From Hyperthermus butylicus DSM 5456 (GTDB taxonomy: Archaea > Thermoproteota > Thermoprotei_A > Sulfolobales > Pyrodictiaceae), in NCBI RefSeq assembly GCF_000015145.1, contig NC_008818.1, positions 750,001-782,000 of the forward strand: DNA of 32,000 nt, read 5' to 3'. Shown piece after piece: positions 8,049 through 17,562 of the stretch. A program made the position numbers and the translations under genes. Below the pieces are notes generated by a model, which worked only from the letters and a program-made list of their open reading frames with translations, did not search any database and had not been told where the DNA came from. Each line of letters begins with the position of its first letter. Within the stretch, counting starts at the first letter, position 1.

Positions 8049-10886
8049 GTGGGGTTCGGCGTGGCTGGTAGAGCTAAGCTAATAGCTGCCTTCGTTGCTC
8101 TCGCTGTCTCACTTGCCTACTTCGCTTCGCCCGACACGGTTACCAGCATGATAATCGATGCTGCGAGGACTGTATACGAACTCGTCCAGGGTCTTACCGG
8201 TGGAGGAGAGGCGCCGGCAGCTCAGCCGTCCACTGCCCAGCCTCTGCAAGCTCCTTCCTCGGCAACTGTGCCTCCAGGAACACAGGAGCCCTCCAGCGAG
8301 TTTACCGTGAGAGTGGAGGAGCTGAAGAAGCTGCTGGAGCAGCTCCAGCTTGTGCCCCTGGTGTCGGAGGAGGCTTCTAGACTGCTCTCCCAGCTAGACT
8401 CGCTAGTCTCTGCTGTCGAGTCCGGCACTGCCACCCCTGACGAGGCTCTTGAGAGGCTTGGAGAGCTAGAGGATGCGTCTAGACTGCTCGCCAGCCGTGT
8501 CGAGGAGTATGTTGGTGAGGCTGTGACGAAGGCTGAGCAGGTGGCGGAGGAGGCTAGGAGCCTGGTTGCGGGCAACGAGACCATGGCTCGTGTCTTGGAG
8601 CAGGTTCTTAGCGTGCTTGAGGAGGCTGTTAGGACTGCTCGTGAGGCTCTCGCTGCTGGACGCCACGCTGAAGCATATACTGCTGCCCGTCAGGCCTTGG
8701 AGGTTGCTGGCATGCTTGAGGAGAGTCTCCCACTGTACCAGATGGCTCTCCAGCTCCTCTCCAAGGCTGAGCAGCTCGCATCCGAAGCTAGGAGGGTTTC
8801 CAGTGCCGCGCTCAATGCTTCTACGTGGGATGCGCTAGCGGCTGCCGAGGAGGCTGCTGCAGCAGCCGTTGAGGCTAGGGCTAGGCTGCTAGAGGCCCTA
8901 GGCTCGTTTCCTCCGAACGCTACACTGGTTGAGGAGGCTGCTGGGCTTCTAGAATCTGCCTCGGCGAGGCTCTCAGAGGCCGAGGCGATGCTTTCTGCTG
9001 AGGCACCAGCTGTTGGTGAGGCTGTAGGAACGCTGGAAAGGATGCTAAAGCAGGCTAAATCCAGACTCGCGGAGGCCTTTAGGGCTGTAGAGCTTGTCGG
9101 CGATAAAGGCGTCAAGCAGTACCTTGAGGCGAGACTTGAGACCATCAGGCAAGCACTGAGCATACTAGAGGACTATGTAGCGAGGGCTGAGCAGCTACCG
9201 CCCCAACAGCTAGCAGCTGCTATACATGCAGCCGCAGCTGTTGCCGGAGATGTTGAGCAGGTGAAGCTCCTCGCTACAAGCTGGGCTGCCGTGCTCCAAA
9301 CTGTCAAGCCCCGACTCTACGTGAACCCTGCTAATGGCTGGCTTGTGGCCGACGTACCGGGGACGATTGATGCCATAGCCTTCTACCGGGCCAACAGCCC
9401 TGAGCCAGTACTGGTTGTGAGAGCCTTCAACGTGGAGGATACTGTAGCCGAGATAGATCCCGTCATGGCGCAGTTCTCCCCGCTCCACAGCAGGCTAGCA
9501 GTAGGCCTATCCGAGCTAGCTGGGAGGCTCAAGCCCGGCCGCTACCTGGTAGTCGTAGCAGCCACCGACCCCGCCACCGGCGAACTCGTAGAAGCCTACC
9601 GGGGCGAAATAGTGGTCGAGAACGAGGGCTCGGTGACCATAGCCAGACAGCTCGAGGGCAACCCGGTATTCAGCCCCTGTAGCAACGTCAGCCCCTACCG
9701 GACAGCGATACTCTGCGGTTACACCCCATCAACACTAGCTATCATCAGCTTAGAGGTCTACGGCGCCTATAAGCCAACCTCGTCCGCTGAGGCTGCGTGG
9801 AGGGTGTTGGAATGGGTGGGTAGGAGCTTTACCTACGACACAAGCAAGGCTGAGACTGTACCCACGAGGATCTATACGCCGCTAGAAATGCTCTCAACCC
9901 GGCACGGCATCTGCAGCGACTATGCTGTCTTCACCGCTGCTGCACTGCTCGCCGGCGGAGTCGAGAGGGCACAAGTAGTGGTGATGCCAGCTACGAACCA
10001 CGCAGTAGCAGCCGTAGAGGCTGAGGGCACCCTGCTACTACTAGACCAGCATCTCCCACCAATAGAGCCTGGAGACTATGTAGAATACGTTGCGCCAAAA
10101 CTGAAGGAGAACCCAACAGTTACAGTCTACAATGTGGAGATGCAAGGCGGCCAGACCGGCATCCCGGTAGTTACAGCCTGGTTCGACACTAGGCTAAGCA
10201 CACTCGACACCTATCCCGAGGACCGTCTGCCAGACGAGGTGTTCACGGACGCAGCAGAGAGGGCTGCGGCGAGACTGGGAATGGAGCTAAACCCGGTACT
10301 AAAAACCGTTATAGAGCAAGGGCTAGCCTACCACGTAAAGATCGTCTACGGCCTCTGGCTCGGAACGGTTACCAGCAAGCCCGTTCCAGTAACCGTCTAC
10401 TACACGCCTATCCTGCGCAGCTACTGGGAAGAGTACATAACTTCAATACTCGCCGAGACTGTGGAGCAGGGCTACCCCGAAGCAGTAGAGGGCCAAGGGT
10501 CAATGGCAGCTCTACACAAGATAGTTGTGGTAGGAGATGGGAGCGGAGACGCATTCTACGTCTACGCGGTACCACTGGTAGGGCTACGCATAGACTACAG
10601 CGTCAAAGATGGAAAGGCGGTCCTACAGGTAAAGCCTAGCGGCGACATCTCACTACTAGTATACGATGCTGAAACCAAGCAACCAGCAGCCGGAGTAGTA
10701 AGACCAGGCTACATGTACACAACAATACCCTACATAGAGGCCGACGAATGGACCTGCACCCCCGCAGGCTGCACGATAGTATTCAGCCTAAAAGAGCTGG
10801 CCCAGCATCTACAGCCGGGCCGCAGCTACACCCTGACAGTCTGGATAAACAAGCATCTAGTCTACGCCATCCCGCTGCAATCCTAG
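8049..10886 (+). CDS. Large exported or membrane-anchored protein: N-terminal hydrophobic segment, long Ala-rich coiled-coil region, transglutaminase-like domain, C-terminal beta-rich region
   Basis: GTG start; 'AKLIAAFVALAVSLAYFA' signal/anchor; several hundred residues of heptad-like Ala/Glu/Leu; 'TRHGICSDYAVFTAAALLAGG...ATNHAVAAVEAEGTLLLLDQ' fits the Cys-His-Asp transglutaminase core. Confidence 0.85.
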   Translation: MGFGVAGRAKLIAAFVALAVSLAYFASPDTVTSMIIDAARTVYELVQGLTGGGEAPAAQPSTAQPLQAPSSATVPPGTQEPSSEFTVRVEELKKLLEQLQLVPLVSEEASRLLSQLDSLVSAVESGTATPDEALERLGELEDASRLLASRVEEYVGEAVTKAEQVAEEARSLVAGNETMARVLEQVLSVLEEAVRTAREALAAGRHAEAYTAARQALEVAGMLEESLPLYQMALQLLSKAEQLASEARRVSSAALNASTWDALAAAEEAAAAAVEARARLLEALGSFPPNATLVEEAAGLLESASARLSEAEAMLSAEAPAVGEAVGTLERMLKQAKSRLAEAFRAVELVGDKGVKQYLEARLETIRQALSILEDYVARAEQLPPQQLAAAIHAAAAVAGDVEQVKLLATSWAAVLQTVKPRLYVNPANGWLVADVPGTIDAIAFYRANSPEPVLVVRAFNVEDTVAEIDPVMAQFSPLHSRLAVGLSELAGRLKPGRYLVVVAATDPATGELVEAYRGEIVVENEGSVTIARQLEGNPVFSPCSNVSPYRTAILCGYTPSTLAIISLEVYGAYKPTSSAEAAWRVLEWVGRSFTYDTSKAETVPTRIYTPLEMLSTRHGICSDYAVFTAAALLAGGVERAQVVVMPATNHAVAAVEAEGTLLLLDQHLPPIEPGDYVEYVAPKLKENPTVTVYNVEMQGGQTGIPVVTAWFDTRLSTLDTYPEDRLPDEVFTDAAERAAARLGMELNPVLKTVIEQGLAYHVKIVYGLWLGTVTSKPVPVTVYYTPILRSYWEEYITSILAETVEQGYPEAVEGQGSMAALHKIVVVGDGSGDAFYVYAVPLVGLRIDYSVKDGKAVLQVKPSGDISLLVYDAETKQPAAGVVRPGYMYTTIPYIEADEWTCTPAGCTIVFSLKELAQHLQPGRSYTLTVWINKHLVYAIPLQS

Positions 10887-11033
10887 CAGGTAGAGCCCAG
10901 CGTAAACGCAGACCTCGGACACGTACAGGGAAGGCCCCCCTCCTCCCCCGCTATGTCTGCGGCTAGGGTTTAGGACGGGAGTTCCCAGGAGTCTTTCCGG
11001 AAAACCCTACTATCCTGAAGAGGTGTCCTGGCT

Positions 11034-12212
11034 TTGGCGCGCGCCCTGGGCGTAGATCCTGGTACAGGCTCGTTTGACCTCGTTGTTGTTGATGGGGAGC
11101 ACGTTGTCTGGGAGAAAAGTATCCCCACGGCTGAGGTTGCCCGTAATCCCCGAGTGCTTGTGGAGGCTATAAGGGAGGCCGGCCCAGTGGACATCATCGC
11201 TGGACCCTCGGGGTATGGTACTCCAGTGGTTTGTAACGAGGATATCGTCGACCCGGAGCAGTTCGCGCTCGAGATCCTGTTGTTGACGCCTCGGGAGCAG
11301 CTTAGAGCCGGACTAGAGAAGGGGCACGTTGGCATTGCTGTGTACAAGGCGTTGGCAGACGTTGTTGTTGAGCTTTGGCGTGAGCGGCTCCCCGTCTGCT
11401 ACATACCCGGCGTAGTGCACCTCCCCACCGTGCCTCGGTGGAGGAAGCTCAACAAGATAGACATGGGTACGGCTGACAAGATGGCTGTCACCGTGCTCGC
11501 CGTCTACGACTACGCCCGGACGCATGGTGTGGACTATAGCGAGGCCACGTTCATACTCGTAGAGATGGGCTACGGCTATAACGCCGTGATAGCAGTCGAG
11601 AACGGCAAAATCGTCGACGGGCTTGGCGGCACACTTGTATCGCCCGGCTTCCTCACGATAGGAGCTGTTGACGCTGAGGTAGCTGTTGCGGGGGGCTGCT
11701 GGGAACGTAGCGACGTGTTTGAGGGGGGCGTCGCCAGCATCTGCGGCACCGCCGAGCTGGATAGGGCGCTTGCAATGAGTGGCCGGTGCAAAGAGGCGTT
11801 CCAGGCCCTCTACGAGGGTGTGGAGAAGTCTGTCCGGGCAATGCTGGCAAGCGTTAAGCCAAGGGAGATAATAGTTTCGGGTAGGCTTACGAGGATACGT
11901 GAGGTCTACGAGGAGGTTTCCAGGAGGCTTGAGAAGATCGCGCCGGTACGCCGACTAGGCTTCCTAGAGGGCGCCAGGAATGCTAAGGAGGCCGGGCAAG
12001 GGTACGCCATTGTCGGGGAGGGTCTTGTGGGGGGCGTCTTCTCCAGGCTAGTACGCCACATGGGCATACCCGAGGCACGTGGAACCGTGATGGACTGGAT
12101 TGTACATCCCCGCCTACGCAAGGCTAGGGCGAGGCTACGCCGAGCATACCTGGAAACAGTGGTGCCGGGTAAGGCTGTGGAGATTCTCTGGGAGCCTGAT
12201 ATAGCCCCGTAG
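11034..12212 (+). CDS. DUF1464-family predicted ASKHA-fold (butyrate-kinase-like) sugar/acid kinase
   Basis: TTG start; 'ALGVDPGTGSFDLVVVDG', 'IAGPSGYGTPVV', 'GTADKMAVTVLAVYDYA', 'ILVEMGYGYNAVIAVENGKIVDGLGGT', typical of archaeal DUF1464 proteins. Confidence 0.8.
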   Translation: MARALGVDPGTGSFDLVVVDGEHVVWEKSIPTAEVARNPRVLVEAIREAGPVDIIAGPSGYGTPVVCNEDIVDPEQFALEILLLTPREQLRAGLEKGHVGIAVYKALADVVVELWRERLPVCYIPGVVHLPTVPRWRKLNKIDMGTADKMAVTVLAVYDYARTHGVDYSEATFILVEMGYGYNAVIAVENGKIVDGLGGTLVSPGFLTIGAVDAEVAVAGGCWERSDVFEGGVASICGTAELDRALAMSGRCKEAFQALYEGVEKSVRAMLASVKPREIIVSGRLTRIREVYEEVSRRLEKIAPVRRLGFLEGARNAKEAGQGYAIVGEGLVGGVFSRLVRHMGIPEARGTVMDWIVHPRLRKARARLRRAYLETVVPGKAVEILWEPDIAP

Positions 12213-12229
12213 GATGTGGAGTGATGGGG

Positions 12230-13330
12230 CTACTTGAAGTACTCGAGTGTTTTTAGCCCCGACCCAGTGAGTGGTGCCAGCACCTCCTCGCCCTTGTCTA
12301 TGCAGCCCCTCTCAACAGCCTCCAGGAGGGCCGGATATAGCGTCGCACTCGTGGGCTCGACTATGAAGCCCATCGACGCCAACATCTTCAGCCCCCTCCT
12401 AATCCCCTCGTCGTCGACGAGTATCACGCAGCCCCCCGTGGCCTTTACGGCTTCAGCAGCCTCACCGAGCCGGGGCGGCTCCGACACCATTAGGCCGTCG
12501 GCTAGCCTCGAGCTGCGTTCCTCGGCTTCGGGCTCCTTACCGTAGACTGCCCGGTAGAGGGGCGGGTTGGAGTAGCCCTGCACCGCGATGATCCTGGGCA
12601 CGCTGTCTATGAGGCCTTGCTCGACAAGCTCACGGAAGCCATGGTAGATCCCGAGGAGGAGCCCGCCAGAACCCACAGGTACAAGCACGGCTGACCCACG
12701 GAACCCGTCCTCGAAGGCCTCGAAGGCTATTGTTTTCGCGCCCTCGACGTAGAATGGGCTCCAGGTGTGAGCCACATAGAACACGTCAGGCTTCTTGAGC
12801 TCCCATAGTACGGCCTGGGCAGCCTCGCCACGACTAGGAGTCAGGACCACCTCCCCGCCGAGGGCTCTTACAAGCCTCTTCTTTCCCTCCGGAGCATTGA
12901 CAGGCATGTATATCCTTGCACGGAGCCCGTAGGCGGCAGCGTACGCGGCTACTGAGATCCCGGTATTGCCCGAAGTATCCTCTACAACCAGCCTGAACCC
13001 CATGCGGGAAGCATAGGCTAAAGCAAGGCTGGTTCCACGGTCCTTAAAGCTCCCGGTAGGGTTCAGATACTCGAGCTTGAAGAACACCCTAACCCCCTCA
13101 ACGCGGCGTTCAACGAGCGGCGTGCCACCCTCCCCGAGAACGCGGGGAACCTCCAAGGGGAGCATCGAAGAATACTTCGCAAGGCCGCTGCAGCCGCTGC
13201 GGGGCTCCCAGCGCCGCGTATACCGGAGCTGCAGAGGCCCGCTACAACGGGGGCAGCGCCAGTAGTAGCCGGAGCCTATAGCCGCACTCCACCCACATCG
13301 AGGACAAATCCATTCAGCGCTACCAGCCAA
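12230..13330 (-). CDS. thrC: Threonine synthase (PLP-dependent, N-terminal Zn ribbon)
   Basis: 'ICPRCGW...WRCPRCSGPL', 'EGGTPLVE', 'FKLEYLNPTGSFKDRGTSLA' (PLP Lys), 'VEDTSGNTGISVAAYAA', 'LVPVGSGGLLLGI'. Confidence 0.85.
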   Translation of the reverse strand: MAGSAEWICPRCGWSAAIGSGYYWRCPRCSGPLQLRYTRRWEPRSGCSGLAKYSSMLPLEVPRVLGEGGTPLVERRVEGVRVFFKLEYLNPTGSFKDRGTSLALAYASRMGFRLVVEDTSGNTGISVAAYAAAYGLRARIYMPVNAPEGKKRLVRALGGEVVLTPSRGEAAQAVLWELKKPDVFYVAHTWSPFYVEGAKTIAFEAFEDGFRGSAVLVPVGSGGLLLGIYHGFRELVEQGLIDSVPRIIAVQGYSNPPLYRAVYGKEPEAEERSSRLADGLMVSEPPRLGEAAEAVKATGGCVILVDDEGIRRGLKMLASMGFIVEPTSATLYPALLEAVERGCIDKGEEVLAPLTGSGLKTLEYFK

Positions 13331-13528
13331 GACAGACTAAGCCCCCGGGAAGACAACGTACACGCAGTCCCCTAAAGCTGAATACCTCTCCAGAAAGAGG
13401 GGCTAGGAATACTCTACAACACAACGATATTTTGTGGAACAGCATGGAGTGCTGCTAGCCTGGTGTAGTCTTGAAAAAACGGCCTAAGCTTCGGCTATAA
13501 TGCTCCGAACACCCCTATGGCGGAAAGG

Positions 13529-14802
13529 CTAGCCTGCTGTGCAGTAATCCGCCTCAGTTGCTGTCAGTATGTCTTTCATCTTGTGTATCTTCTTGAGCGC
13601 GTCTACCAGGGCTTCCACTTCCTCCTTGGTGTTATAGATGTAGTAACTTGCCCTAACCGTGCCCCGTAGGCCTAGCCTGTAGTGTAGCGGGTGGGCGCAG
13701 TGCATCCCGGTTCTCACTGCTATGCCGAAGGTGTCTAGTGCTCTACCTACAGTGTGGTAGTGGAGGCCCCGCATGTTGAATGCTATGACTCCTCCTCGGT
13801 GCTCGGGGTTGCGTGGACCATAGAAGTCCACTATGCCTGCTAGCTCCTCCTCGAACAGTTTAATGGTGTAGGCTACCAGCTCCTTCTCGTGTGCCCGGAC
13901 GTTCTCCATGCCTAGCCTCTCTAGATATTCTACTGCTGCTGCTAGGCCTATGGCTCCGGCTATGTTTGGTGTACCGGGCTCGAGGCGCCAGGGCAGGTTT
14001 GCCCACTCCACACTCTCCAGTGTTACGTCCTTGATTGCGCCTCCTCCGGCTATTACTGGCTCCACCTGCTCCAGAATGTCCTTGCGGCCCCAGAGAACAC
14101 CGATGCCGGTTGGCCCGAGCATCTTGTGGCCGCTAAACGCTAGGAAGTCTACGCCTAGATCCCGCACATCTACTGGGAGGTGGGGTACTCCCTGCGCGCC
14201 ATCAGCCACCACTATTGCGCCCACCTTCTTCGCCTCCCTAACTATCCTCTTTACATCATTTATTGTGCCGATGACGTTGCTCATGATTGTGACCGCTACT
14301 ATCTTTGTCTTCTCGGTTATCATCTCCTCTAGTTGGTCGTAGCGAAGATAGCCCTCATCGGTTATGTCTAGATACTTTACCTTGGCACCGGTTAGCCTCG
14401 CCACCGTCCTCCAGGGAAGCATGTTGCTGTGGTGCTCCATGACTGTTACGAGTATCTCGTCGCCGGGCTTTAGCAGTTTAAGCCCCAGGCCAAGAGCTAC
14501 CATGTTGATCGCATAGGTCGTGTTGTGGGTGAATACTATCTCCTCCCAGCTCCACGCATTGATGAACTTGGCCACCTTCTCGTGGGCCTGCTCGTAGGCC
14601 TCGCTAGCCTCTTGGCTGAGCGTGTGTAAGCCACAGGTGCACAGTTAGCGTTGTACTTCTCGTAGAACTCCCGAACCGCCTCTATGACCTGGCGGGGGCG
14701 CTGCGACGTAGCCGCATTGTCAAGGTAGATTATAGGCTTGCCACCAATCTTGCGCTCAAATATGGGGAAGTCCTTACGAATCTCGTAAGGGTTAAAGCCC
14801 AA
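13529..14802 (-). CDS. sufS: SufS/Csd-type cysteine desulfurase, frameshifted as sequenced (track ORFs 13529..14575 and 14536..14802)
   Basis: N-terminal ORF 'FPIFERKIGGKPIIYLDNAATSQRP' joins the C-terminal ORF once two extra A bases (+ strand 14635 and 14643) are removed, restoring '[36 protein letters not shown]'. PLP Lys in 'SGHKMLGPTGIGVLWG' and active-site Cys in 'RTGMHCAHPLH' are intact. Confidence 0.9.
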
Positions 14803-14919
14803 GGCCAGCCCTACACCCGAGTTAAAGTGGGTAGAAGCAAATTGAGGCTATTATTCATTATTTTCAATCATTGCACTCAACTGCAGGACCCGGGAAGTGT
14901 AGGGCTGTGAGGAGTAGGT

Positions 14920-14964
14920 CGGCAACCCGAAGCCCCATGACGCCATGGGCGATGTGGGTTGCCG
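14920..14964. other. Strong potential hairpin between sua5 and sufS
   Basis: Perfect 9-nt arms CGGCAACCC (14920-14928) and GGGTTGCCG (14956-14964), with inner arms CCCAT/ATGGG. Confidence 0.5.
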
Positions 14965-14983
14965 CGGTTTGCCGAGCCCCATC

Positions 14984-15643
14984 CTAGGCTTCGATGGGTG
15001 TAGCTAGGACTGCCTCGATCTCCTCTGGAGGTATTGGGCCTCTTCTCACCAGTCTCGGCTTGGGTGTTGTGAGGTCTACTACTGTTGACGGCGTACCCCC
15101 GGGGGTGGGGCCACCGTCTAGGTATATGTCTACGCGGCAGCCTAGTTGCTTCATTGCCTCCTGCACAGTGCAAGGTGAGGGTTTACGGTGGAGGTTTGCA
15201 CTTGTGCCAGTGATTGCTCCCCCGACGGCCTCTATGAACTTCAGCGCTATGGGGTGGTTTGGCACACGCACACCGATCCTCCCGGTTCCCGCATGTAGTA
15301 GGCTGGGAAGCCCTGGTTTTGCCGGTACGACTATGGTTAGTGGACCGGGCCAGAATCTCTCGGCGAGCCTTCGAGCCCTATCGTCTAGCTCGGCTATCTT
15401 CTCGGCAGCCCTTAGGCTGGAGACCAGGACCGGTATTGGCCTGTTTGAAGGCCTCTCTTTCGCACGGAAAACCCTCCACACGGCATAGCTGCTAAAGGGG
15501 TTGGCGCCGAGGCCGTACACGGTGTCGGTAGGGTAAACTACGAGGCCTCCCAGGGCTACAATCCTAGCTGCAACCCGGATTGCTGCCATCGTAGCAGCTG
15601 CCGCACGAGGCGTACACCAGCTGGACAACCTGAGCACCCCCAA
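14984..15643 (-). CDS. sua5: L-threonylcarbamoyladenylate synthase (Sua5/YrdC/YciO family)
   Basis: 'GGLVVYPTDTVYGLGANPFSSYAVWRVFRAKERPSNRPIPVLVSS', 'FWPGPLTIVVPAKPG', 'RIGVRVPNHPIALKFIEAVGGAITGTSANLHRKPSPCT'. Start may be the internal MAAIRV. Confidence 0.93.
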   Translation of the reverse strand: MGVLRLSSWCTPRAAAATMAAIRVAARIVALGGLVVYPTDTVYGLGANPFSSYAVWRVFRAKERPSNRPIPVLVSSLRAAEKIAELDDRARRLAERFWPGPLTIVVPAKPGLPSLLHAGTGRIGVRVPNHPIALKFIEAVGGAITGTSANLHRKPSPCTVQEAMKQLGCRVDIYLDGGPTPGGTPSTVVDLTTPKPRLVRRGPIPPEEIEAVLATPIEA

Positions 15644-15852
15644 GGGGTTCTTGGGGCTCCAGGGCAGTTATCTCTACTCGCCACCATACCTCCCCATTGA
15701 CACATTTATATTGTTTGTATTGTTTATATGATATGATTATTTTCTCCTGCAGGAATAGTTTCTAATAGCTTCCGACAAGCTTTTCACCGATGTGGAGTAG
15801 TGTTAAACAGCGCCAGTGTGATCGCGAATAGCCAGCTGGGTGTAGTAGCGCC

Positions 15853-16293
15853 TTGACACCCGATGCATGGGACGAGTTCGACTCCCTATGGGATGAGTAT
15901 GTGGCTAAGGCTGTCGAGGCTGCTAAGCGAGCAGGGGTAGTGCTCGCCCGGAGCTACGATGAGTATCGTAAGGCTATCTGCAGCAAGCCGGTAGCTGTTG
16001 TAGTATTTACGAGCCCTACATGCCCGGCATGTGCTGCTTACCGGCCGATATTCTACGAGTACGCCCGGAGGATGAGCCAGTACCGTGGCAAAGTAGCGTT
16101 TGTAGAGGTTGACAGCTATAGCGCCTATGAGGCAGCGATGGAGGCTGGTGTTATGGCCACGCCTACTACAGTAGTATACCTCAAGTGCAAGCCCGTGGAT
16201 GGCTTTATTGGGCTAGCCGACGAGGAAACCCTAGACGAAATAGTGCGCCCATACATCACCAAAGCCGTGGAGGAGGGTGAGGAGGACGAGTAG
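15853..16293 (+). CDS. Thioredoxin-like protein with CPAC active site
   Basis: 'VAVVVFTSPTCPACAAYRPIFYEYA', 'KVAFVEVDSYSAYEAAMEAGVMATPTTVVYLKCKPVDGFIG'. Confidence 0.87.
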   Translation: MTPDAWDEFDSLWDEYVAKAVEAAKRAGVVLARSYDEYRKAICSKPVAVVVFTSPTCPACAAYRPIFYEYARRMSQYRGKVAFVEVDSYSAYEAAMEAGVMATPTTVVYLKCKPVDGFIGLADEETLDEIVRPYITKAVEEGEEDE

Positions 16294-16382
16294 CAAGAGG
16301 CCGGGGGCTCGGACCCGCCGAGGACCCCCTCCCCATGCCGTGGCTCTCGGTGAAAGGGCGTCCCTCCCCATAACCCCCGGCC

Positions 16383-17186
16383 ATGTCTTTATGTGGCGGT
16401 GACTCCTGGTGGATAAACGTTAGCTCTGCTGTCTCACGTCTTTTCAAGTGGCGAAAACGTTTTCTAGACCGGCGGAGCTTGCTAGACCGCGATGAGCCCG
16501 CCTTGCAGCCCAGGAGTGCTGTGACTGGGCGCGAGCTTCGCAGCATAGTTATTACTACACTGCTGGTTACCCCTAGCGGAGCGTTAAGCCCTGGCCTCCT
16601 ATCAGCGTCAGCCATAGCTGTGGGTGTTTACCTTGGCGCTGTGGGTGGCCTGGTTGTAGCGCTGGGCCACATGGTTTTCGAGCTGCCCTACGTTGGACTA
16701 CTTGTCTACTGGGCTGAGCGGTTCAACCGTGTATTGAGGAAGCTTGAGAAGCCCCTGGCACTGCTAACGCTTGCTGCGGCAGCTTACTTTGCAGCTGGGT
16801 TGTTCGAGACGGCTGCCGGGCTGCTCTGGGGCACGGGGGATACAAGCTACGGAGTTTCCGTGGGGTCTACGCCAACTCAAGCATTTGTCGCCGGGATCGT
16901 GTTTACCGGTGGGAACCCTTACTTCCTAGCATGGTGGCTGACCATTGGCCTGCCACTGGTTCGTGGAGCTGCAAGCCTAGGGGCAAGAGGTTTTGCTGCA
17001 ATGTATCTTAGCCACGTATGGATAGACTATGCGTGGCTTGTACTGCTAGCAGCTGCTGGTGGCGGACTGGCCGGAATACCTAGCCTCTATGCAGCTCTGC
17101 TAGTAGCACTAACACTACTACTCATCGTCTTCGCTGTAGACGTAGCGCTGAGAGCCTTCACGGGTAAGAAGCTATTACCATTCTAG
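16383..17186 (+). CDS. LysE/RhtB-like membrane transporter
   Basis: 'GALSPGLLSASAIAVGVYLGAVGGLVVALGHMVFELPYVGLLVY' and 'AFVAGIVFTGGNPYFLAWWLTIGLPLV' resemble the LysE-type translocator pattern; multiple predicted TM segments. Confidence 0.65.
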   Translation: MSLCGGDSWWINVSSAVSRLFKWRKRFLDRRSLLDRDEPALQPRSAVTGRELRSIVITTLLVTPSGALSPGLLSASAIAVGVYLGAVGGLVVALGHMVFELPYVGLLVYWAERFNRVLRKLEKPLALLTLAAAAYFAAGLFETAAGLLWGTGDTSYGVSVGSTPTQAFVAGIVFTGGNPYFLAWWLTIGLPLVRGAASLGARGFAAMYLSHVWIDYAWLVLLAAAGGGLAGIPSLYAALLVALTLLLIVFAVDVALRAFTGKKLLPF

Positions 17187-17562
17187 ATGAGCCTTGGCAA
17201 GCAGGCCTAGATGAACACTTGTACTAGCACGCAGCCTCCTCCAAGCCCCACGTCGCCAGAGATAACGTCCACCACAGATGCTAGGAGTGCTTTTCCGCCA
17301 CCGCACCCGGTGCATTGCCAGGCTTAGAGCATGTTTTGCTGAGCTTGCAGCGTCTTTGTCTACCTCGACTGTGCTACTGCTCTTAGGCCTCTAAGACCCT
17401 TCCATGTCGCCCCAGGGCGGTATAGATGGAAGCTACTCCACAGGAGACCCATCGCCCAATTCTATCCTGCCCCTCGTGGAAGACCTTATTACCTGGGTTT
17501 AGAGTTTGCAGCACTCACTCTAGGCGAGAAGCTGTATGGGATAGGTATGGGGTGGTGAGTAC

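Noticed and set aside
8222-9163. Minus-strand ORFs of 120, 66 and 157 aa opposite the 945-aa gene
   Set aside because: Ser/Ala-rich antisense translations of repetitive coiled-coil codons (GAG/GCT); typical shadow ORFs.
14877-15488. ORFs overlapping sua5 and the intergenic hairpin (98 aa minus, 164 aa plus)
   Set aside because: Different frame or antisense to sua5; low-complexity sequence without family features.
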